Positions 22,001 through 34,000 of a DNA stretch of 64,000 nt are shown in pieces. The position numbers were made by a program, and so were the translations under genes. The stretch comes from Harriotta raleighana (taxonomy: Eukaryota). The stretch covers positions 210,662 to 274,661 of the forward strand of contig JBNZDD010013373.1 in assembly GCA_050575255.1 (NCBI GenBank). Direction: 5' to 3'. The notes beneath the pieces are model-generated. The model had not been told where the DNA came from and did not search any database. It worked only from the letters and a program-made list of their open reading frames with translations. Position 1 is the first letter of the stretch, and every line of letters begins with the position of its first letter.

Positions 22001-25000
22001 CATTGCACTGTGCACTCCGTTCACTTCCAACCATCAGCTGTCCTTTCATGAAGTCACCTTCCGTCACTTTCTGCTTTGTTGTGAGTGAAGGGATTGCAAT
22101 GCAGCAGCTTGTTAATTACTTCAATCAAAAATTAACAAGCTACTGTTTCGATTCTTGCTATAGGAGACGTCTAAAATTGACATTGTTTTTTAAAATTAAA
22201 CTTAATTCTCTTTTCAGTGTTCAAAGCTGCTCTCCGACACCACTGTGATTCAGTTTTATCCAAGCAAGTTTGTTCTGATCACTGATATATTGGATACCTT
22301 CGGTAAGGACAGCTATCAGCGTTTTATTTGTAGCACCTGCAGCAACATGCTTTCTTGTACAGGTGGACCCCGCTAATTTGGTCGTAGTTTGGTTCTTGAA
22401 AAGTGCGACTTATGCGAAACTCGTTAAGCGAATACATTTTTCCCATAAAATAAATGTAAAAATTGGAGTTAGGTTCTTTTGAACATTTCTTGTCAAAATT
22501 TTCTATTAAAAAAATTATACTTGCTCCCCAACTGCCTGCTCGGCTCACTCACTCGCTGCCGGTCTCACTCGCTGACGGCCTGGCTCGCTCTCTTGATGCC
22601 GGCCTGGCTCACTCCCAGGTCCTAGCACCGTCGTGCCCTCTTTTCACCCGCTGGCAAACGATGTAATAGTGAACGTCGCAATGTTAAATAAATGTATGTT
22701 CCCAATGTATCAGTAATGTAATAACGAAAAAAAGTTAACCGAAGTGACATTAAGCGGGGTCTATCTGTATTGCAAGGTCATGTGTTATTTTAAACTGTGA
22801 ACATACAGTCTGAGCTATATAAGGAGGATGAATAAAACCTAGAATACAAGCTATTATATTTTATTATTGTGGTGGTTAGAAATGCTTCATTAACAGTATC
22901 TCCATGAAATGCATCTTCATGTTTATTCCATTGATTCACTGAAGACGTAACTCATTCTCTCAGTGCAGTTGAAAGAATATATTTGTAATTGAACTCGTGC
23001 AATCAATACCTACCCCTACAATTTAGGCCTGGTTTATACTGCAAGTGACATGGCAAACTGCCACAATAAATGCAGTTTAAATTTATGCTGAGCTGGAGCC
23101 CAGTTGCTGAGATCACCCTGAGTTCATTTTGATTTGTTACACTGCAGTATAAATGTAATGGACGAGGAACCATTTAGTTTCTGCTCAGAAATGGCCCCAT
23201 AATGATTCTTGGGTGAACAAAACACAAAATGCTACAGATGCTGGGAATCTGAAACAAAAACAGAAGTTGCTGGGGAAACTCAGCAGGTCAGGCAGCATCC
23301 ATGGAGAAAGGAAAGCTAACGAAGTGTCGTGGACCCGCAACGTTGACTCGCTTTCCTTTCTCCATGGATGCTGCCTGACCTGCTGAGTTTCCCCAGCAAC
23401 TTCTATTTATGATTCTTGGGTGGCTTGTTAATAACATTAACACTGGCTGATTGTGCATTAAACTCTCCACAGGGCTGGTCAATGAGATTAGCAGCAGGAA
23501 GTAAATTGGATTTCCACTTTTAATGGATTCCATTCTGGAGGGAAGCAATATGGTTTCCCTTTGTGCAAGAGACATTCTCTAGGTTGAAGTTCTGTAGCGG
23601 TCGACTTATATCGTACTGACAAAATATAACCTATGTTTAACTTGCATTCGCCACAAGATGGCACAGATCCTGATCAAGCTGCCAACTTAACATCTCTAAA
23701 GTTTGTTTCTAAATCACCCATTATTCAGTGACTGTACCTATGCCAATCCTTGGGAAACTCTGATCAGACACCACAATTCGTTATTATTAAGTGGTTAGAA
23801 TTTTTTTTTAAAAAAAGGATCACTGGAGAACAAAACTATTTGGACTCAAATTATTTTAGAGATTCCATCATCCGCAGGAGATGAGACACCGATCATCTTT
23901 GCTAATTATGTGTTGAGGAAAGATTTATGATCAAGGATCCTTTGCTCAATGAGGAGGCACTAACAGCTTGCTGCATCCCCCATCCCTGCAGAACACTGAT
24001 CAAAATCAAATGTGCCATTGTGAAATGTGATTTTGAAAAACTGGCCTCCAGTCAAGCTATTTGGATGAGTTATTTTAACCACTCAAACATCACTCCTGTC
24101 TTTTTTTAATGGAGGTGGGAAGCTAACTGAATACATTTGTAGCCTTGAAATCTCTCCAAAGGCATTCATCAACCAAAATGAAATGTCTTTAAACTAAACC
24201 ATATATGTGTGAGAACATTTATTACTGTATGAAAAATATTTACTTTGGAAATTGGGTAGTTGACCTGGTCAGCATTTTTATTGAGTATTCCTTAATGAAG
24301 AATGATTGAACTGTGACAATGTAGTGTTCTGTCTGCACACCCTTATATAATGTTTTAGACCTTTGTTTTCAAGAATTAAATATAAACCACATTTTGCTTG
24401 CAGGTAAACTAGTTTATGAAAGAATTTTGTCCATGTGCACAAGTCGGGTTTCAGTTCCTGGGGCCTCATTGCCAGGTAATGTGAAAGAATTGAATGCTCT
24501 TGGCAGATTAGGTGGAAACCAGTCTGCAATATTTAATGGTGGCAGATGAACAGATAACCTGGAAGCTTTCTTCCTTGTTTTCAATCTCAGCTGAACAATA
24601 CAGTGTTGCAAGAGAGTTTTTGAACAGTTGAAAAAGGGAACGTGAAAACTAATTGCCAGAAACAAAGCTTGAACAAATGCCCATTTTATGAAGTTGAAAT
24701 ATCTCAAAATACAGTAAAAGCCTGTTTTTCCGTGACTCGATGAACTGGAAAATCTGTTGAACCAGCATCTCCCCAAAAAAGTCCCGATTTGATAAACTGA
24801 AAGTTATCTGGCAGAATAGCGACAACGCATTTAATGAATCGATTGTCGCACGCGATAAATATGTAGGTATTTCAGCTGCTTGCTAGTCGAGCCTAAAGTC
24901 GCAATACTGCTTTTTTTTTAAAAAAAGTCGTGCTACTGCCATTTTAAAAAAAAGTCATGCTGCCGTTTTGTTTTCCTCCCATAGCAGCAATTTCAGAAGT

Positions 25001-28000
25001 TTAAGTATAAATAATAAAGTACTAATACAATATTCTGTTATTCTAGTATCTGTTATTAGTGTATTTGGCCTATTATTTATATAGTATTGTTCAACATTTA
25101 CAAAAAAGTAGCCATACATTATTCTGTTATTACAGTATCTGTTAATACTGTATTTACTCTATTATTTGTATGGTACAGTGTACAACATTTACAATAAAAT
25201 ACCCATCCAATACTGTTATTATCTGTTATTATTTAGTTTATTGTTAATATGGTATGTGTTCAAATAATTTTTAATTAAAAAAAAAAAAGTTCAACTGGAA
25301 AGCCGTTTAACCGGCACTGGCCAGGTCTGTGGGCGGCGGATGGGCTTTTACTATACTTTGCAAATAAATATTGTCGACTTTCGTGACTTGTTGGGACCTA
25401 GCTGTTGGAAAGATTAATGTTTTTGTTTTGCACTTTATTACTTGTTGATGACTCGGACTTCCTTATAATCTGTCTTTTTAACTATTTGTTAACATTAAAC
25501 TGCTGTGCGCAATTGGCTGCCATGTTTCACCCACAAATTATACAGTCAATTCATTTTACAATATATTCTGTGAAGCGCATTGAGACGTCTAGAAGAAGTG
25601 AAAAGCACTACATCAAATGCAATGATTATTACTATTTGTTATGCAGATAACTTCAGTCCAGATGAGGTGAATGAAACGGCAAAAGAAACCTGTCTGAATT
25701 GGTTCTTCAAGATCGCATCAATCAGAGAGCTCATTTCCAGATTGTATCCTAAATCATTAAATCAGAGCTAATATTCTTATTCACAAATATGGAATATTAT
25801 CTGAATGTTTATCTATCTGAAATACCTCCATAGTGTTTCTGTGGATGTGTTTTTTGCAACAGAATATAAATATTTGCCTTAATTTTGTTTGCAGTTATGT
25901 GGAGGTGGCAATATTAAAATGTAATAAATTCCTTTCCAATGTGTGAGTATTTCAAATTCAAGATCCTCATCCTTACCTACAATGCCATTCACGGCCTTGC
26001 TCCCTCCTACCTCTCTGACCTACTCTTCCCCCTATCTACCTGTCCGTACCCTCTGTTCCTCTGGCTCTGGTCTGCTCCACATCCCCTGCCCTAACCGTCC
26101 TACCATCGGTGGCCGGGCTTTCAGCCACTCAGCCCCCAGGCTCTGGAACTCCATCCCCCAGTGCCTTCGCCTCGCTTCCTCCCTTTCCTCCTTCAAGGCC
26201 GGTCTCAAGACCTTTCTCTTTGACTGTGCCTTCAGCTCTCCTCTCGACTCTCTACCCGCTCCTCGCTCCCTCCTTCCCCTCCCCTTTTCCTGATCATTTC
26301 CCCCTGCTCGGGTCCTAAACCAACTGTCCAGCGCCTTGGGACATCCTCCCAATGTGATAAGCGCTCTATAAATGCAAACTTGTTATTGTTGTTGTTGTTG
26401 AGTATGCTATTTATTGAACCAGAATACCAAATGTTTGTATCATTTGGTCTTGTGTGTGTGGGTGGATGGGTGTTTTAGTGCATTATTTAAATAATGTGCA
26501 GATTTTGTGTCTATTCAATTTGTCATTTTAAAGAGATTCAATAGATCAAAGTAGATTTAATAATTGACTGTTTTGTTATTTAACAACAAAATTACATTTG
26601 TATAGCAACTTTCACATCGGGAGGACATCCCAAGGCGGTGATTTAAAGAGAAAGTGCTCATAAATTTATCCTGAATGTAAAATACTTTTATTTGATAGTG
26701 GTATCTCCGAGACTCTTCCTCGGTTGACGTCTATGATAAGAGGCATTGGTGACCCATTGGTAGCTGTCTTTGCTAGAGCGTACCTTTTCAGGGTAGGTTT
26801 GAATGACATTTTTATATTTAATCAAAATTATAAATATCGGGCTATTCTTCATACATTTCGCCAAGTTTTTCAGCAAAAATGATTGCGGCTGTTAATCATT
26901 TATTACCCCATCTTTCTCTTCAACAGGTTGGAATGGAAGTTGCGCCCCACTTGAAGGACAGTTTGAATAAGAATTTTTTTGATTTCCTGTCCACGTTTAA
27001 ACAGGTATGACTTACAAGATGAGGTTTCTTTATATTAATACATTAGCATTTTAACAAGAACTTTTGGCCACACCAAACAGCCTAATAAACCTTGGTATGT
27101 AGCTACATATAAACCAGAGAATTCCTGATTTGATTCCCAGTCTCTGATGATCTAAGACGGAATCAGTGACCTTAAACTTGGAGGAGTGGAGAAACCAATC
27201 AATCAGCCAATAATTCCCATTGGAATTTTTAGTCATTGGGTGGGAACAGGATTTAACTTGACTGTGAGATGTCACTATTGAATATGTCAGATGCTATTAC
27301 CCTGTGTGAGGGGTGCTGTATAAATGCAAGTTGTTGTTGAATATTCTGCCAACACTTACCTGCTCTCTTCTGCTATATTGCAAAGCTATTTGTAATGGTC
27401 ATTTGAAAATAACCGTATTGACAGAGAAACAGTATTATCAGATCTATTGTCCAGATTAATATATTAATGGCATTCAAAAACAAATTGCGTTAACAACAAA
27501 TTATATTTATATAGCTACTTTCACTTCGGGAGAACATACCGCCCAATAAAATGGGAGAATTACATGTTGCAAGTCTACTTATTTCTCTTTAATGCAGATT
27601 CACGGAGAAACTGTTCAAAACCAGCTTGCTGTTCAGCGAGTAGAGATTCCAATTTACCTCACCCTGTACTCTCCCGCTATAGACTGGATTCTTCAGTGTA
27701 TTGCGTACAAAGCACCTGAGGTATGTTTTCAATTTTCTTTACACTTTATTTTAAAAAAGGGTTCATTCTTTTGTAGAATGAGCGTGTTGCATTTTCAAAC
27801 TGCATGACCTGTATACATAGGGTTGCATTTGTGTAGAATATGAGTGGGCTTTCGTCTCTTTTATATTCACTGTAAACTCGCTGACTTATATTGTATGTAG
27901 ACCTGTGAATGTATCCTTTTCAGGTCAAAATGGAGCAAAAGTTGCCCCTGAAATATATACTTTTGAACTATAAACTGGAGTAGCCGGTGAAATGCTCCAT

Positions 28001-31000
28001 TCTCTGGTTTCTCATGCAACACTGATGTGGAGAAACATTCATTCTGTCAAGAATTTGTATTTTTGTTTTCATTCTTGGCTGAATGAACATTGTCCCCACA
28101 CTGTTAAACTAGTGCTTACATTAGAAGCCAGCGAATGAAGAATTCCACGAGCCGCTTAAAATAACCTCAACTGGGTCAAAGATGTTTTCACATCGAAGTC
28201 TATTGCCTTGAAAATTCCCGAATTGACTGCATCCCACTGCTCCTCATATTTCACAATTAGACCTTTGTTCAAAATCCTGCTCAAGCGGCATTCCTGGCTA
28301 TTGAGCAATTCAGGTGCATATTAATTCAACGGTTCTTTAGGCGTGAATAATTGAGTTTTGCCTGTCGAGAGCATTCTTCGGTGCAGTGGTGGCCAAGCTT
28401 TTTGGTCGGCCACATGTAATTTTGTATTGTATTGCTTACAGGCATTGCTAACTGAAATGATGGAACGATGCAAAAAACTTGGAAACAAGTAAGTTCATTT
28501 TTCCGGTTTCCTTTTGCTCTGTGTAAAACAACCCTCTGCACCTTTACTTCATCGCGTAATTTAATTTTTTGATTCTTATCCTGTATTTTCCAATAGTGCT
28601 TTGCTATTGAACTCGGTAATGTCAGCGTTTAGGGCAGAATTCATTGCCACAAGATCGATGGATTTCATTGGTATGATTAAAGAATGTGAGGAGTCCGGTT
28701 TCCCAAAGGTAAGTTGATATTTAATGCAGTCGAGTGTTTATCTTTCTTGCCCAAATTCTAGTAATGTGTAGCATCAATCTTTGCCAGTGTTTTGGGATAT
28801 GTTCTAGTTTAAATGGCTACAGTTGTAACAACCATAGAAAGAGTGATTTAAGAAAGCATCTGTCTTTGTGGTTAACAAACGAGTGCCATTATTAGCAATG
28901 GATGTTGTTTGTTGTATAATATCCTCCTGGTTTGTTTGAATGGCAGCACCTTCTTTTCCGATCTTTGGGGATAAACCTGGCTTTGGCCGACCCTCCTGAG
29001 ATTGACCGTTTGCAGATTCTGAATGAAGCCTGGAAAGTAATCACCAAACTTAAGAATCCTCAGGTCAGTACAGCACACATGGCTTCAGGTTTCACTCTTG
29101 AGTTTGTAGGAACGGATGAACCTGGATCTAGGTCTGGCTACATCCATGAAACTGCTGGTTTCTAGAAGTTGACACCTTAAACTTGAGCCCTTATAAGTAT
29201 CCACAATAGGTTTCTGCAGCCTAAATCAAAAAATAATTATGAATAAACTTGAAATCTCCCATGTGGTTTTGGCAGCCAAAATGTCCCTTACACCAGTCTC
29301 ATCTTTTACGATGCATTGTTTTTTTGTCAGCAAATTTATCTCTGTAATTCTGCCTTTTGTTCTCTGCGCACCTCAAGCATACACTGAAGAATCTCCGATC
29401 CACATAAATAAGTTCATTCAAACTTTGTGTTGCCTTCCTTTCCCTTGGATTTGCAGAGTTGGAGGTATGCTAGATACTGTGCCCTTTTTAGAAACTTGTG
29501 TGAAGGGGAAGGAAATGTCAGAGGTGTGTATGTTTTAAGAACATAAGAAATGCCCATTAAAAAAAAATGTCTATATAGTTTGTCTTCCACCTTCCTGCCA
29601 GTAGCGTGTATATATGTCCCTAACTACCTATTTACTATATCTCATTACTGTATATTATTTCCTGAAAGCAAACAATCTAATCTGTGTTCAAAAGGTTTGT
29701 GTTCATTGCAGATTTATTACACTTGTGGGTTTTTTTGCTGGCAAAATGAATGTAGCTGGAATGGAATGAATTTGACCCAGTTACTTAGTCGTAATTTACA
29801 CAAGTCTTTAATTTTAATCGAATAACTCACCCCATCCTTAGGCCTGTGGAGATTCAATTTAATTTGGGTCAGGTTGCCTCAGTAAGCAGAAGATTTTAAT
29901 TATCTGCCCAGTGGAAGGCGTCCGTTTTACTTTCTAGCAGAATTGGGTAGCGATTTGCGGCAATGGTTCACCCGGGTCATTTAAATAACCAGTTTTCTAG
30001 CCCCATTGCACTAAGTGTAGCATAATTTACATTGACCAATTGTTGCAATTAGTTGGAAAATTGTGGTGGTGTTATAAAGTCCGCAACTCTTATGTATGGT
30101 GGTAACGACAAACAAACAAAAGCAGACATGTGGACTGTCTGCTCTCATTAATCAGCAATGCAGACAACAACTTTTTTAAAATCCAAAATACTTTCGTAAT
30201 TTAGAGGTCCATGGTGTCTAATTGTGTTATTTGAAATAAAAAAATAGATCACTGCACGATCGGTGGCTTAGGTGCTGTGCTGTACTGCAGGGATGATGAA
30301 ACTGTGCATAACGTTTTCATAGATCTGCCTAAATCGAAAGGGTGTCTTTTGATGAGAGAAAAAGTATTTTTGTCAATCAAAGCTTTACTGAGACGGTGCA
30401 TTTTTAACTAATATCGTTGTATTGCTTTGTCACTTTTAGGATTATGTTAACTGCGCTGAAGTTTGGATAGAGTACACATGCAGACACTTCACTGTAAGTG
30501 GGATTTATTTATACTCTATAGCTAGCCTTGTTGTTTTCTGACGTTAATTGGTGTGAATTGGTATGTGCTGAGTTTGTCCAATTTTCTGGAGATTGAAGGA
30601 AAATAAATTTCTGTTATTAAACTTCCCGGAGAGGAAGGACATTTTTTTTTAAAAAAGTCAAACAAACATCAGTGTTGTCTGTCAAATTAAATAAAATTCC
30701 AAAACCAACAACCCTATATATGGTTGGTTTTGTATGAAATTTGTTTGACATGGAAACTTTAATAATAATCCTTGCATTTAATGTAGTGCTTTTCACATCT
30801 TATCAATGTCGCAAAGCGCTTCACAGAATGTACTATAAAGTGAATTGATTGTATATTTATGGGTGAAACTTTAAATTCGACAGAAACGTGAAGTCAATAC
30901 TGTGTTAGCAGACGTCATCAAACATTTAACGCCAGACCGAGCTTTTGAAGATGCTTATTCACAGGTAACCAACGTGCAAAAGGTTTTTATTTTGTGTGTA

Positions 31001-34000
31001 TATATAATACAATAATAATTCTTACATTTCATACAGAGTCTTTCATATCAGGAGGGCTTCTCAAAGTGCTTCACTGGGCATACTGTAAAGTGGAGTGCTT
31101 TGGGTTTTGGGAGGAAATATGCAGCTATTTTGTGCTCAGCAATGTCCACTACATATCGCTGTGAAGTGAATATCCAGTTTTATTTGGGGGGTTATTGGCC
31201 AGGACACCAAGAGAAACTCCCTNATCTTTTTGAACAGTGCAATTGAATCTTTAACATCCACCTTAACTCGCAGGTGGGACCTCAGTTTAATATCATCCAA
31301 TTGCGCACATTTGCAACGCCTCATTGTGATGTCTGCATAGACTATATACAAGTCCCAACATTGGACCAGATTACCTGGAAACTTTCTGTGTCCTTATTCC
31401 TTCACATGGTGTTGCTGCCTCATTAACCTAGGACTACTCATTTTCTCTCACTTTTTTCAGTTGAGGCACTACACCATTACACTGTTACCTGTTGATAAAC
31501 ATGGCAGTGATAGCTGATGTTAAGTGCAAAATTCTAAATTGTTCCCTTAATGATCTTAATCCTTAAATAAAATGAGTCTATGAGTTGCCTGCTACTGCTT
31601 TTCATCTGAGATCAGCTAAAGGGTCACCATTACGTATGTTGCTGACATGACTTGCTCAGAACCATAGCAATTACTGAATCATCAGAGGTGGTGGTGGGGG
31701 TGGTTGGAGGGGTGGGAGGAGGGGGGAAGTCTAACAACAGCAGATTAAAGATGTATTTCAATTGTTGAAATGTTACAAACTGTGCTTGGATGCGCTTTAG
31801 TCTGCAGTCCTTGCCTTTCGCTCATTTTGTTTCGTTTTCTTTTCCAGCTTCAGTCAATAATAACTAAAGTACTGTATAACTTCCATGATTTTGCTGTTCT
31901 ATTTTCAATGGTAAGTGTTTTAGCTCCCAATTATTTTTTCTAAAAGTTTTAATATGGTTACCCCTTAAAATAACCAGGAGTTTGCTCACAGTATGTATAA
32001 TTATCTATAATAATTCCCAGATTGTGTTAAAATATAATGTACCTCTTGTTGACGTCACCTGGTTAGGTTTAAGTCTGAATGAATTTGGACAGTGGAAAAA
32101 ATCATCATCTAAGACATGGCGGTATTTCTGTGATTTTAAACATACTTACTATCTGTTCAAATTAGCAACCTTTTGATAATCTCAAGTATAAGTACTATAT
32201 TTAGTAATTTATACCAATTTGTTAGAACATGTTTCCTTTGCATTGCGCACAAGAACAGGCAGCATGGCTGATGTTACTTTCTGAGAACTGGCCATACACA
32301 ATATGTACAGAAAGTGTCGTTGGTGTCTCTTTGCACAGAAATTACTTTAGTTAATTTTTGAAAGGCATTAGTGCTCTCCCTTCTTCAAAACAAAGTGTTA
32401 TGTATTTCAATTAAAGTCACACTGTCCACAAAGTAGAATTGGTACTACAGAATACTCCATTTGCTGCAGAATCTGATGTAGTTTCTCATGGTGTGCTTTG
32501 TTTTCAGGAAAAATTCCTGCCCTTTCTGGATATGTTCCAGAAGGAAAGCGTCAGAGTGGAAGTTTGCAAATGCATTATGGATGTTTTTATTAGGTAAGCA
32601 CGCATTTATTTAAAATGCCTTTTCCCTGAAACCTTGAGTTTACAAATGGGCTTCCTATCCGAATCAGTGTGTTGTTGCAGCCCTGTATAGCATTAAACCC
32701 AATGAATTTAGATTTGAAATTAAGTAAAATATGAATAGTTTGCTTGATCCTACTTGTGTATAGCATATATGGGTAGCCACAGAACACTTATCACAGCTGG
32801 ATTTTCTTCCAGTATTGACTCTTGTATAATAAGGGATTCATTTTTTAAAATCAAAATGTCTTACACTTTGCCCATGACCACATATGAATAAGTTTACATT
32901 TGCAGTATAATAGGATCTGTGTTAAATGGGATATTCATTCCTCTGGAAAGCTTCCTTAACTCGCATTTAACTTCATATTTTTTCGGTTTAGATGGTCTTC
33001 ACCTAAATTGCTTTGTCCAAAATTATCCAAATCAGTAGATGCTTGGAGTTCCCAGATAATTCAACATTCCACTTCAGTGCAAGCTACTCTTAAATACCGT
33101 TATCTGCCCATATGATTCACATTGAAATTCTTTTGCACAATTTTTTATTGGACCTCATACTATTCGCATCTGCAATTAAAAGCCCTTAATTGAACATGGA
33201 GTATTCCTGCAGTCATTCGCTTCTATTATGTGATGCTTGTTATCTAAGTATTACTTTGTATATTTAAAAATAAATGGCAAAAGAAAGTGTTGATCTTGGT
33301 TTCTGTAGGATTAAAATCTGCATTCTAAGCAGATTCATGTTTAAATTCTGACTTGTTTAAGGATTTGAGCCCTGTTAATTTATCTTTTTGTTGTTGCTGC
33401 ACAGCAAATGTTCATATAACTTAACTTGATTGATTTAATTTTATATTCTAGACATCAGCAAGAACTCACCCGTGACCCTGTTATACTGAATGCTCTGATG
33501 CACGTTTGCAAGACAATGCATGACTCTGTCAAGTAAGACATAGTTTATTTTTGGCCATACATTGGAAACTCACTAATCAAGTCAGCAGACTGAGGGATTT
33601 TGTCCACATTAGTACATTGACCTCACCGGTGACTCTTGACATAAACTATCTAAAATAGCACAAGCTTCTGTAACTGGAGTCTTTGTTTATTATCAAGTCC
33701 ATATGTTCTGTTCCCAACTAAGACTTCTTTACCTCCCTCCCTCCCTCCCGAGCGCCCTACTTCCATTATAATAAGAAATATTTAAAATACATATATATAA
33801 CTCCTGGAATTATGTGTCTCATTTTGTTATTTGCTTTTGTGAAGCGCTTTAACATTGGAAGATGAAAAACGAAATTTGGCAGTTTTCCTCAGTGGATTTA
33901 TCCGAATGGTGAGTATTTCANGTCTCATTTTGTTATTTGCTTTTGTGAAGCGCTTTAACATTGGAAGATGAAAAAAGAAATTTGGCAGTTTTCCTCAGTG

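Noticed and set aside
23651-23665. CTCF-like motif CCACAAGATGGCAC
   Set aside because: A single match with one mismatch is expected by chance in 64 kb.
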